Source: Candidatus Dojkabacteria bacterium
GTDB lineage: Bacteria; Patescibacteriota; Dojkabacteria; SC72; JAFGCJ01
Reading direction: 5' to 3'
Assembly (NCBI GenBank): GCA_016932785.1
Contig: JAFGCJ010000002.1
Span: 337,777-401,776 of the forward strand
Length of the DNA: 64,000 bases
Shown here: piece by piece, positions 46,520 through 55,962 of the stretch
Position numbering within the stretch: the stretch's first letter is position 1
How the letters are laid out: the number at the start of each line of letters is the position of its first letter
Notes under the pieces: model-generated
Seen by the model: the letters and a program-made list of their open reading frames with translations, nothing else
The model's database searches: none
What the model was told of the DNA's origin: nothing
Program-made: the position numbers and the translations under genes

Positions 46520-46522
46520 AGA

Positions 46523-47494
46523 ATGTCAAAAAATACCATTCGAAATATAGAAAAATCTGACAGGAACAAATGTATTCTTTCTAATCTTCCCAAAACCGAA
46601 TTCTGCATCCTCATGCTCAACTGGAATACTACAAAAGATACCATAGAAGCATTGGAATCCATGAAAAAACTCGAGATGAATAAAATGGAGGTATTTCTAC
46701 TCTTCGTAGGTGAAAAAAAAGAGGAAATCGAAAGAATTCAAAATGTGTTTCCGACGATCCACATATACCAGGTACCAAAGAATCTTGGCTTTGCCGAAGG
46801 TAATAACTACCTTTACCGAAAAGCAATTGCGATGTTCGACCCAAAATATATACTTCTCCTTAACACTGACGTAGTGGTTAAGGAGAATCTTCTCTCTACT
46901 CTATCCAAGATATTAGAAAACGACCCGAACATTGGAATTGCGGGGGTTACAAACTATTATTACCACGACCCCAGTAAGATTTGGTACAACGGAGGGAAAA
47001 TAAACAAGATTTCTGGAACAACATCACACGTTGAAGACAAAATATCTACAGAAAGGCTCTACCAAGAAACCGGATATGTGGTCGGAAGCTGCCTTGCCAT
47101 CAGAACTGAAATCGTAAGAAAACTAGCAGAGATATTCGACAGCAAACTATTTTCGTACACTGAGGACGTAGATTTGAACTTAAATGTACAAGAACTAGGA
47201 TACAAGACAGTCGTAACATCAAGAACAAGTATCCTCCACAAAGTAAGTCCAGTTGCCCCAAAGAATACTCCATTTAGAATGTTCTTCGAATCCAGAAACA
47301 GAATTCTTGTAATGAGAAGACACACAGATACTCTTGGATTCCTGGTCTTCATAACAAATTTCCTCATATTCAAAATACCAATATGGATTATAAGGGTAAT
47401 TGTTTCCGGTAATATAAGCTCAGTCGCAGCAATATTCAAGGGAGTTCTGGACGGCCTTGGGCTAATTTCTAGTAATTCAGACTATACAAAATAA
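46523..47494 (+). CDS. Glycosyltransferase family 2
   Basis: 323 aa. GT-A N-terminus CILMLNWNTTKDTIEALESM, GFAEGNN, a DxD-like LLNTDVVV, and a C-terminal TM region. Confidence 0.85.
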   Translation: MSKNTIRNIEKSDRNKCILSNLPKTEFCILMLNWNTTKDTIEALESMKKLEMNKMEVFLLFVGEKKEEIERIQNVFPTIHIYQVPKNLGFAEGNNYLYRKAIAMFDPKYILLLNTDVVVKENLLSTLSKILENDPNIGIAGVTNYYYHDPSKIWYNGGKINKISGTTSHVEDKISTERLYQETGYVVGSCLAIRTEIVRKLAEIFDSKLFSYTEDVDLNLNVQELGYKTVVTSRTSILHKVSPVAPKNTPFRMFFESRNRILVMRRHTDTLGFLVFITNFLIFKIPIWIIRVIVSGNISSVAAIFKGVLDGLGLISSNSDYTK

Positions 47495-49001
47495 CCCTAA
47501 AATTTCCTCTATCGTCAGTAAACTCTTCCTCAAAAACAGGAGTGACTTCCTGGAGCGATGAAACATTTTTCAATATGCGCTCGTTTGTATCCGAATAATC
47601 ATTTCCAGTATAGTCGACAAGAAGGTATATTAATTTATTTTCAATTATATATTTGTCGTTTAGCAGATCTATCCTACTTCTATTCCATCCAATATTTGTA
47701 TTTTGATCAGCAACACCCGAATTTCCATCAAAACAATACAGTGTTATTGAAGGCCAACTTACATACATCATATTATCGACATACCCCTCTCCTTCATCAC
47801 GAAAATACTCACACAGTTCTTTATGCGGTTGCCACCGATACCTAAAGTCGGAAACGTTCAAATCAACATACGTGACCAAAATCCATACGACTACGAGCAT
47901 CTGGAAAAGAGTAGTCATCCTACTGGATTTAAAATATGAAGCGACCCAATCTATAAAGACGGCCACAAAAACAAGCATGGGAAATATAACATAGTACGGA
48001 TATCTGCTGCCATGTGAAAAGGATGTATATTGTATGGAGAACAGAAAGAAAGTTACCGAAACCCACGATGCAAGATAAAGCACTTGGCTATTTCTAAAAA
48101 TCTTTTTACTGAATAGAACATATATAAACCCCAAAACACCAACAAGTAAAACGTACCGGTTCATATAAAACGTAATTCCATGAATAAAGCTCATCAACCC
48201 TATCTTTGAAAAGCTATTCAAAAGATTGTACTGAACCGCAGTTGTAACAAGACTAACATCGGAGGTGGACATATCGGGTTTGACAATATACTTCCGGACA
48301 AAATAGAAAGAAACACCAAAAATCAAAACCACGCCAGCTAGAACAAAGATTTCTTTGCTAAAAAGTTTCTTTTTCATAGAAATTACCTCTACAAGATAGC
48401 CGACACCAAAAGATACAAAAAGAAGTAACGCCGTAAGATGAGACATAAAAGAAAGACCAAACAAAAGACCTGCAAGTACAATAAAAATCATCCTGCCATT
48501 TTCGCGACCCTTTGTCCATAAAAGGAGCCCTATTACAAAGAATCCTACAACAAAGGGTGCTTTTTCTGCATCTGAAGAAAAAATCAAGAAATATTTGCTG
48601 AAAAGCACTAAACTCAATAGTACCAACCTGCTGAACTTTGACTTAAAGATTTTTTTTCCCAGGTAATCTAGAGCAAAGACTGAAGCTACAAATATTATAG
48701 ACGTAAGCAAATAGGTAGCCACAAAAATATCAGTAATCAGATACTTGTGGACAAAACCTATGAGAACAGGCATTAGAAATGGCCTCGTGCCAAGAACACT
48801 GAATCCCTCTTCCATGAAGGTAATTGATTTGACAATCATAGCGTAACTGTCTGCCGTGGCAAATCCAACTTCTCGAAGCTGAATATATTCATTAATCTTT
48901 AGGAGCAGATATATCAAACCTATTATTACAAGTGTACAACGAAACCAAAGATCCTCACGTTTTAGCAACTTTTCCAATGTTTTATTAAACTTGCTCTTCA
49001 C
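47469..49001 (-). CDS. GT-C-type polytopic membrane glycosyltransferase (ArnT/PMT-like)
   Basis: 510 aa with about 11 TM helices followed by a ~130-aa soluble C-terminal domain. Assignment rests on architecture and context only. Confidence 0.55.
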   Translation of the reverse strand: MKSKFNKTLEKLLKREDLWFRCTLVIIGLIYLLLKINEYIQLREVGFATADSYAMIVKSITFMEEGFSVLGTRPFLMPVLIGFVHKYLITDIFVATYLLTSIIFVASVFALDYLGKKIFKSKFSRLVLLSLVLFSKYFLIFSSDAEKAPFVVGFFVIGLLLWTKGRENGRMIFIVLAGLLFGLSFMSHLTALLLFVSFGVGYLVEVISMKKKLFSKEIFVLAGVVLIFGVSFYFVRKYIVKPDMSTSDVSLVTTAVQYNLLNSFSKIGLMSFIHGITFYMNRYVLLVGVLGFIYVLFSKKIFRNSQVLYLASWVSVTFFLFSIQYTSFSHGSRYPYYVIFPMLVFVAVFIDWVASYFKSSRMTTLFQMLVVVWILVTYVDLNVSDFRYRWQPHKELCEYFRDEGEGYVDNMMYVSWPSITLYCFDGNSGVADQNTNIGWNRSRIDLLNDKYIIENKLIYLLVDYTGNDYSDTNERILKNVSSLQEVTPVFEEEFTDDRGNFRVILYSLNY

Positions 49002-50149
49002 TTCGATTTTGTTTCTTCAAAATTAATGCCGCCCGCAATATATTCCCACTCAAATGGCTTAATTAGCTTCTCCATTCTAAGAATATCTTCCCTGCCAACA
49101 AGATCAGTCTTTCCTATTATTTTTTCCAGAGCATCAGAGAAATCCTTTCCCAGTTGCGCTATTTTAAGATTCGGAAAATCAACATCGATACCTTCAGCAC
49201 CAATTGGTGTCGAAATTACATATTTACCATTTCTCAATGCCTCAAAGATCTTAATTCTTGTCCCTCCCCCTGAGCTTAGTGGTACAAGACAAACATCTGC
49301 AGCACTAATATAATCCTCCAATATCTCAACAAATCCTACCACATCAACAAAATCATATGACTCAAGCTTATCTTTGAGATCTTCGGGAATCTCCCCGCTT
49401 CCTACGATCAACAGGCGTACGCTCTTGCTATGTAGTTGAAGAACAGGAACTACATATTTCAAAATATGCTCGAGAGCTTCTATATTTGGAGCGTATTTGA
49501 AATGGCCGTTGAAGTAGAATACCTGCTCGTCTTTAATTCCAAGTTCGCTTCGAACCTTCTCTCTTGCCTTCGGATTAAGTTGATACTTTTTTGAATCGAC
49601 ACCATTCCTTATAACTTGAATCTTGCTTGATACAACCCCCAGCTGATTAATCAGGAAATTCCGATCTACTTCAGACGTGCAAGTAATCCCCATAGCAAAA
49701 CGACAAAGGAAGTATTCGTAAATCTTTGCTATTCTCCAGATAGGATTTCCAACTCTCTTGAATCTTATGAATTCAACGTTCTGTTCATCCACAAAGTAAG
49801 GTACTCCAAATATTCTTAGCCAAAATGCATAAAGCCCCAGCCAAAATGAATTCACATAAACCAAATCTATTTTCTCCTTCCAGACAAGAAGTAGAAGTCT
49901 GATCATCAGCACAGGATTCATCATAGATATGATCCTGTTTGACGAATTAATAATAGGAATAGAATCAAAAGTTGGAGTAAGATCACCCTCATTCCTAACA
50001 ACAATAAAAACTTTGTAACGCTTAGCTAAAACCGAGTTCAGGTAAAAAATCCTGGTGGTTGCTCCCGAATAGGTATGATATGGATTGTAAGGACTAAGAG
50101 ACAGTATCTTTTTTATTTTCATAGTATCTATATGATCTCTTAAAAACAC
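48998..50149 (-). CDS. Glycosyltransferase family 4
   Basis: 383 aa. VRLLIVGSGEIPEDL...VCLVPLSSGGGTRIKIFEALRNGKYVISTPIGAEGI. An alternative start at 50122 gives MKIKKILSLSPY. Confidence 0.85.
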   Translation of the reverse strand: MFLRDHIDTMKIKKILSLSPYNPYHTYSGATTRIFYLNSVLAKRYKVFIVVRNEGDLTPTFDSIPIINSSNRIISMMNPVLMIRLLLLVWKEKIDLVYVNSFWLGLYAFWLRIFGVPYFVDEQNVEFIRFKRVGNPIWRIAKIYEYFLCRFAMGITCTSEVDRNFLINQLGVVSSKIQVIRNGVDSKKYQLNPKAREKVRSELGIKDEQVFYFNGHFKYAPNIEALEHILKYVVPVLQLHSKSVRLLIVGSGEIPEDLKDKLESYDFVDVVGFVEILEDYISAADVCLVPLSSGGGTRIKIFEALRNGKYVISTPIGAEGIDVDFPNLKIAQLGKDFSDALEKIIGKTDLVGREDILRMEKLIKPFEWEYIAGGINFEETKSK

Positions 50150-50993
50150 CTAAAAACCCAAGGAACTGGAGGAAAAACTGGTAGGTAGTTAAAAACAGCA
50201 CCATAGGAAAGTATTTCGTAAACAGAGACATCCTAAGTATCTGGAGCGCAGACCTCAAGCCATTCTTTATCTTCCCCCCACCCATTTTCCCACTTTTTTT
50301 CAAATCCTGATGCCCAGCTCCCCTTTCTATATGCCATTTTGTAAAATCAGCCAAACTCCCTCGTGCTTCATGATACACCGTCGCTTCAGGTACATAGAGA
50401 AATTTTATGTGTTTTTCCTTAAGCCTATCGCTAAGCTCTACATCCTCATTACCGGATTTTTGCTTATGACTAAAGCCCCCACATTCTAATAGTATTTGTC
50501 TTTCTATAGCAAAATTCCCTGTACACAGATGACCGGTATAATTATCTTCATCAACCTTCCACATCACCTTAAATCCAGGATAACCGCCACCCGGAAAACC
50601 CAGCCAGCTTATCGAGTCGGTAATATAACCCTGACCTAAAGGTATATGGATTCCTGATGTTGTTACCTTTTCCTTCCCTTCAATAATCGACCGGGAGATA
50701 GAAGCAAGCCATTTATTATTCATCGGATTCTGATCGTCATCAATCCAAACGATTACTTCACCGTGGGATTTATCTACACCTAACTGGCGGTAATAGCCAA
50801 AACCCTTGTTCATATCTTCCTCAAAGATCTTCACTCGATCGTCATGTGGTAGATTATCCCTTTCTAGTTTCCCCTTAGGCTGAGGAATTAGTACGACCTC
50901 AAAATCAAAATTCACATCCTGTTCCAATATCTGCTTTACAAGTGTATAAAGATTCTCACGAACAATCGTTATTATTACTACAGATACTTTCAC
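50094..50993 (-). CDS. Glycosyltransferase family 2
   Basis: 299 aa: MKVSVVIITIVRENLYTL..., DxD region VIVWIDDDQNP, and a C-terminal hydrophobic segment. Confidence 0.85.
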   Translation of the reverse strand: MKVSVVIITIVRENLYTLVKQILEQDVNFDFEVVLIPQPKGKLERDNLPHDDRVKIFEEDMNKGFGYYRQLGVDKSHGEVIVWIDDDQNPMNNKWLASISRSIIEGKEKVTTSGIHIPLGQGYITDSISWLGFPGGGYPGFKVMWKVDEDNYTGHLCTGNFAIERQILLECGGFSHKQKSGNEDVELSDRLKEKHIKFLYVPEATVYHEARGSLADFTKWHIERGAGHQDLKKSGKMGGGKIKNGLRSALQILRMSLFTKYFPMVLFLTTYQFFLQFLGFLGVFKRSYRYYENKKDTVS

Positions 50994-51009
50994 CAGGATA
51001 TAGATAATT

Positions 51010-51954
51010 TTATTTTTCTATCCTTTTAAGCCTTTCCAGCATGTCCTCAATAAGTCTTCGATTCACGGCAAGAAGTTCCGCAAGTATACCCAGTACAAAA
51101 ATCTGAACACCAATGACCAAGGATACAGCTCCAACAATAACCGACTGAACATGTCCTGTTCCATTTCCGGCCAGATAATAATAAAGAAAACGTCCCAGTA
51201 GGGCTAAACCTGCGATGAAAAACCCAGAAGAGAAGACACAAAAGGTCTTGAAGGGTTCATATACTGCATACATCCGAAGAATCGTACTTCCTGATTTTTT
51301 AACTTTTGTCCATATATTTTTAATGAGTCTGGACTCCCGTGTCTTAGGATTTGTTTTTATTTTCACCCAGGCAATATCAATTCCCTTCTTATTGGCCTGC
51401 ATTAATGTGTCAACTGTATAGGTGTAATTAGTAATTATGTTTATCTTTTGAAGAGCCTCCTTTGAATACGCCCGAAAACCACTCACAGCATCAGGAACCT
51501 TTTGACCCGAGAGAAATTGTGTTACAAAGCTTCCAAATTTCTGAAGAACTTTCTTAAATGGGCTGAATTCGTCAATCTTCGCAGTTTGCCGATCACCTAT
51601 AACTATTTCCGCCCTATTTTCTACAATAGGTCTGACCAAATCTGGAATAGCCTCCGATGGATACTGATTATCACCATCGGTATTAACTAATATGTCGGCC
51701 CCGTGTCTTAGCGCGTTATCTACTCCAAGTTTGAATGCTCTTCCAAGCCATCTTCTATTCTTTCCACGAAACGAGACAACATGCTGAACCCCAAGCTCCC
51801 TGGCAACCTTGACAGTATTGTCTGTACTACCGTCATCGATAATCTGATATTCAATCGTATCTATACCCTCAATTTTCTTAGGCATATTCTTAAATACAAG
51901 TGGGAGTGTTTCCTCTTCGTTAATACACGGAACCTGGATTATCAACTTCATCAT
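51010..51954 (-). CDS. GtrB/DPM1-like polyprenyl-phosphate glycosyltransferase (GT2 with two C-terminal TM helices)
   Basis: 314 aa: KLIIQVPCINEEETLPLV, YQIIDDGSTDNT, VNTDGDNQYP, and two C-terminal TM helices (FCVFSSGFFIAGLALLG, VGAVSLVIGVQIFVLGILAELL). Confidence 0.85.
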   Translation of the reverse strand: MMKLIIQVPCINEEETLPLVFKNMPKKIEGIDTIEYQIIDDGSTDNTVKVARELGVQHVVSFRGKNRRWLGRAFKLGVDNALRHGADILVNTDGDNQYPSEAIPDLVRPIVENRAEIVIGDRQTAKIDEFSPFKKVLQKFGSFVTQFLSGQKVPDAVSGFRAYSKEALQKINIITNYTYTVDTLMQANKKGIDIAWVKIKTNPKTRESRLIKNIWTKVKKSGSTILRMYAVYEPFKTFCVFSSGFFIAGLALLGRFLYYYLAGNGTGHVQSVIVGAVSLVIGVQIFVLGILAELLAVNRRLIEDMLERLKRIEK

Positions 51955-52011
51955 TTTTTAGTTTTAAATTTATAATTCATCAACAATCTATGTAATACCG
52001 AATTCTGAATT

Positions 52012-55000
52012 CTACTCACTTTCCAAGTCAATAACAACCTCATCAACAAGATAACTGGAATAGAAATCATCCAAATCGGGTGGCCCCAAAAACCTGAAGT
52101 CTATATCCTCTCCCAGTTTATAACTGTCAGTGTACTCAATCTCCGAATAGTACCAACCATCAATTTCCCTCACATTAAGATTACTCCTCGAAACAGCAAT
52201 TTCATCACTTTTATCTATATCAGTGAAATAATATCGGAAGGGATAGAAATATGACTCGGGCGAAAAAGAATATATTGTGTAATTGGAGGAAATCATATTT
52301 GAAAGACATGTCAATGATATCGAATCCAGACTCTCATCACCCAATTCAAAAATCCTGGAATCTTTGTACACAATAGGCAAGAGATCCCTCTGACTTGGTG
52401 TTCCGCCAGATCCAGATGCATTGCAGTCATTCTCTGAGAAAAAATCCTCACCAACAACTCGACTTCGCTCAATAACTGTCTCCATCGGAATAAAGTACAA
52501 GTTTGTATCTTCCTCAAATGTTATGCTACCACCAAAAATGGATGAATCCAAAGTGCTAAAAACCAGCTTGTCTGAATTTATCCTGATCCTTCGAAACACA
52601 ATATCGGAACTCATTCGTCCAGCAACATTCCAGTATCCTGGCGCCCTAAGACTTATCTTATATAGACCCTCATCAAGATCATGCTTAAGTAGATTTATAC
52701 TCAAATTTGTATCAGAGTGAAACAGGACATTGGCATAATCTTCAACATATGTTGAAGCAACAATATTTCCTGAAGAATCCGAAATATCGATAACAAATTC
52801 ATCTAGCCCTATCTTATTATTCAAATCATCATAGACTATTTCTAAATCAAGTACATCGCCCAAAACAGTATAAAAAATGATATCTCCAGAGATATCTATT
52901 TCCTGATCTATTTCACCTCCGTTATATTCGAAACTATTATAGTAATCAGCTAGAACAAGTTTTTGCTCACTTTCGAGATAGGAGTCAGTATACGAATACT
53001 TGTCGACCCCAACAAAACTTCCCTCATCAAGATTCGAACTAAGTACTGCCTCAAGGTTCCCATCTCTTTGTAATTTTGATCTCGAGTAGACAAAGTGATC
53101 TCCATACTGCTGTTTTTCTGTAAAATTTACCAGATCCTTATCAAAGAGTAGTCTTGGAGAATCAAAAATCTTCCTGCCATACGAGCTTTCTGGTTGAAAA
53201 TACACAGGTCCCGATGATTTCAACTTTTGACCCACAACAGTCTTAACATTCTTTTCCTCAAAGAATGGTGAATATTTCAGAATGTAAGAATTGCTTTCAG
53301 AATTACTTGCCAAATCAGACTTTCCAAAACTTTCCGTTACTGATATTCCGAGAGGAGATATATACTTGTAGATCGTATTGGAGAACAAAGCAAAGGGAGA
53401 TACAGCAACCAAAACAAGAAATATCTTCACCACCCACTCCTCAGTTTCAGAAAGTTTCAAGCCCTCTCTAAAATGAAATGCAGGCAGAAGTAATCCGCAT
53501 ATAATAGATATTGCCAAGAACATCCTCCTAAGAACTATAGGTGAATCGACAAGAAGAATATAAGCCGTTAGCATAAAAGAAAGAATTGAAAGGTACAAAA
53601 TCACCCTTCCTAACAACTTTCGAAGTCTTATTGGAATCCTTCCGACCGTTTTTTCCCACAAGAAATCCCTGGTCTTCACAATAAAATCAAGATTCAACCA
53701 GACAAGAATAACAAGATCAAATAACAGAAAGACAATCCCAAGAACTATTGGAATAAAAGTTATCCTCTCAATTTCAGCATAATCATTAATGAAAATTCTA
53801 AAATGTTCAATACTCTGCCAGAGATTTGGGTGCATGATACTTGTCTCATACCTATTCAAAATAAAAGCTCCCAGTGCTGCCAATATTAAGCCAACAGCCA
53901 AAACAAGGATGTTTATTAAAAGTACAATCTTTCCAATCCGAGCCTTGTTATCACCAATCCTTTTAAAGGACAATCTTAAGTACTCTTTCTCTTTTACAAA
54001 TTTCATCAAAATGCCACCAACAACCAGGTAGCTAACCAGCAATGCCAATACAATAAGAACATACTCAGACAAGGTAACAACTTTTTCAAAATCACTCTTA
54101 ACAACTTCGTCACTGACAGCTTCCGGAGCCACTGTTTCGAGAATGGCAGACACATCACCCCACCCCATCGAAAGAACCGCAGGGTTAAGAACAATTATGT
54201 TGCCATCACCAGGACCACCCTCAAATAAAAGGACCATATTTATGCCTCTGTAACTTACAAGAACATCCGTTGCAAGATCACTGGATATGTTCTCCAGCTC
54301 TTCACCAGAAGGAAAATAATCACTAAAAATATCATCTATCTCAGCCTCCCCACTTACATCATCCGACACTATTTCCTTTTCCCTTCTAATATCCAAATAC
54401 TCCTCTGCATCTCTATTATCATAGATGACGACATCCTTACCAGACTTAATATACGATTCGATCTGAGTTCTTTTCCCTTCAAAGTCAAAATAAGGACCAA
54501 TAACTCCAACATTTGTAATAAATGGAACCTTGAGCTCATACAACATCATAGAATAAGCACTACTTCTCTTAGACAAAATCTGAAGCTCATATTCTCCAAT
54601 CTCAGGCAAGTCTATTACCATCATTGTCCCTGCTCCAATAACAAATTCTTTTCCCGAGGGAGCTCTGATAAGGAGAGACACATCCGAAAGTTCTGTTCCC
54701 AAACCCTTCACCTCCGAAACTTCGCCGACATCAAGTTCTAACGCCACATCTGAAGGACTAAATAACTCAAACTTATGGACAGTACCATATGAAAATCTCT
54801 CGTCCTTCCCATCAATAAGAATTCCAAGCATTTCATCCTCATCAACTTTCTCTGCTTTACTGACATCAATTAGACTACTTACAATGAAATCGGAAACGGA
54901 ATCATCAATCAGCACAGGCTTTTCTGAAGCAAAGGCTATGCTTGGCAAGAGCAAAGATACCAATACAAAAAGACCAATTATCACAAACCTCTTTCGAAGC

Positions 55001-55014
55001 ATATTTTTTGCCAT
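52012..55014 (-). CDS. Uncharacterised 1,000-aa polytopic membrane protein with large N- and C-terminal extracytoplasmic domains
   Basis: Signal peptide (FVIIGLFVLVSLLLPSIAFA), a ~300-aa domain, about 7 TM helices (aa ~320-620), then a ~380-aa C-terminal domain. No motif recognised. Confidence 0.7.
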   Translation of the reverse strand: MAKNMLRKRFVIIGLFVLVSLLLPSIAFASEKPVLIDDSVSDFIVSSLIDVSKAEKVDEDEMLGILIDGKDERFSYGTVHKFELFSPSDVALELDVGEVSEVKGLGTELSDVSLLIRAPSGKEFVIGAGTMMVIDLPEIGEYELQILSKRSSAYSMMLYELKVPFITNVGVIGPYFDFEGKRTQIESYIKSGKDVVIYDNRDAEEYLDIRREKEIVSDDVSGEAEIDDIFSDYFPSGEELENISSDLATDVLVSYRGINMVLLFEGGPGDGNIIVLNPAVLSMGWGDVSAILETVAPEAVSDEVVKSDFEKVVTLSEYVLIVLALLVSYLVVGGILMKFVKEKEYLRLSFKRIGDNKARIGKIVLLINILVLAVGLILAALGAFILNRYETSIMHPNLWQSIEHFRIFINDYAEIERITFIPIVLGIVFLLFDLVILVWLNLDFIVKTRDFLWEKTVGRIPIRLRKLLGRVILYLSILSFMLTAYILLVDSPIVLRRMFLAISIICGLLLPAFHFREGLKLSETEEWVVKIFLVLVAVSPFALFSNTIYKYISPLGISVTESFGKSDLASNSESNSYILKYSPFFEEKNVKTVVGQKLKSSGPVYFQPESSYGRKIFDSPRLLFDKDLVNFTEKQQYGDHFVYSRSKLQRDGNLEAVLSSNLDEGSFVGVDKYSYTDSYLESEQKLVLADYYNSFEYNGGEIDQEIDISGDIIFYTVLGDVLDLEIVYDDLNNKIGLDEFVIDISDSSGNIVASTYVEDYANVLFHSDTNLSINLLKHDLDEGLYKISLRAPGYWNVAGRMSSDIVFRRIRINSDKLVFSTLDSSIFGGSITFEEDTNLYFIPMETVIERSRVVGEDFFSENDCNASGSGGTPSQRDLLPIVYKDSRIFELGDESLDSISLTCLSNMISSNYTIYSFSPESYFYPFRYYFTDIDKSDEIAVSRSNLNVREIDGWYYSEIEYTDSYKLGEDIDFRFLGPPDLDDFYSSYLVDEVVIDLESE

Positions 55015-55071
55015 AAGAAAATATAAATAAAGGTCAAAATATATTATCAGAAAAAGGTTTTCACTTCAATC

Positions 55072-55962
55072 TTACTTTTTCCCGTACATTTTGGACTTAA
55101 CGTCTTTTGTAATAAAAGACAGATAATCTTTTCCAGTAACTTTGCACCAGACCCACTCAAGGGAGAACCTTATAAATTCAGCAACAGCCGGTAACAGTCC
55201 AATTCTATTTTTTATACTCTTAACTCTGTTAATATTGTTATACAAATTCCTCTTAAAAGAACCCCAACTCCCTGAGGTAGCCATGTGATCGTGCCAAACA
55301 ACTGCACTTCCATCATAGATAATCTTCCATCCTGCCTCCTTAAGCCTAAGACAGAAATCCACATCCTCATAATAAAAGAATATGTCTTTGCTAAATCCCC
55401 CAATATCCTTAAAAGCTTCTGCCCTAATAAGTAAAGCCCCGCCACACAAGCAATCTACCTCCTCAATTCTATCCAGTCTTTCGGTATCTTTTTCATGATC
55501 AAACCTATCAAATCCCCGATAATAACGGTCAATAACCATTCCTGCTGAATTTATAAGACCTCTATCAGCAAGGCTTGAATGCAGAATCTTTGGCCCCACA
55601 ATAGCAATTCTTTTATCTTTTTCGGCAGTAGACACCAGCTCTGAAATCCAACGACTGTCAACATCCATGTCATTATTTAAACAGGCATAATATTGATAGC
55701 CAGGACATTGACTGACAGCAAGATTTATTGCTCGGCCATATCCCATGTTACTATTACTACATAGAACCTTCACATTCGGATAATTTTCCTTCAAAAAGGA
55801 AACAGACTCATCTACCGAATTGTTGTCAACGACAACACGATCGAGCATGTCATAATCTGTTCTTACAACTGATGGTAAATGCTTCTTCAGAAGCTTCAGG
55901 CCATTATAGTTAACCAAAATCAGAAGAACTCTAGGATTTTTACTTGATGAGTTCATAGTCAT
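55072..55962 (-). CDS. Glycosyltransferase family 2
   Basis: 296 aa: VLLILVNYNGLKLLKKHLPSV, VVVDNNSVDES, GYGRAINLAV, and LNNDMDVD (DxD). Confidence 0.85.
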   Translation of the reverse strand: MTMNSSSKNPRVLLILVNYNGLKLLKKHLPSVVRTDYDMLDRVVVDNNSVDESVSFLKENYPNVKVLCSNSNMGYGRAINLAVSQCPGYQYYACLNNDMDVDSRWISELVSTAEKDKRIAIVGPKILHSSLADRGLINSAGMVIDRYYRGFDRFDHEKDTERLDRIEEVDCLCGGALLIRAEAFKDIGGFSKDIFFYYEDVDFCLRLKEAGWKIIYDGSAVVWHDHMATSGSWGSFKRNLYNNINRVKSIKNRIGLLPAVAEFIRFSLEWVWCKVTGKDYLSFITKDVKSKMYGKK

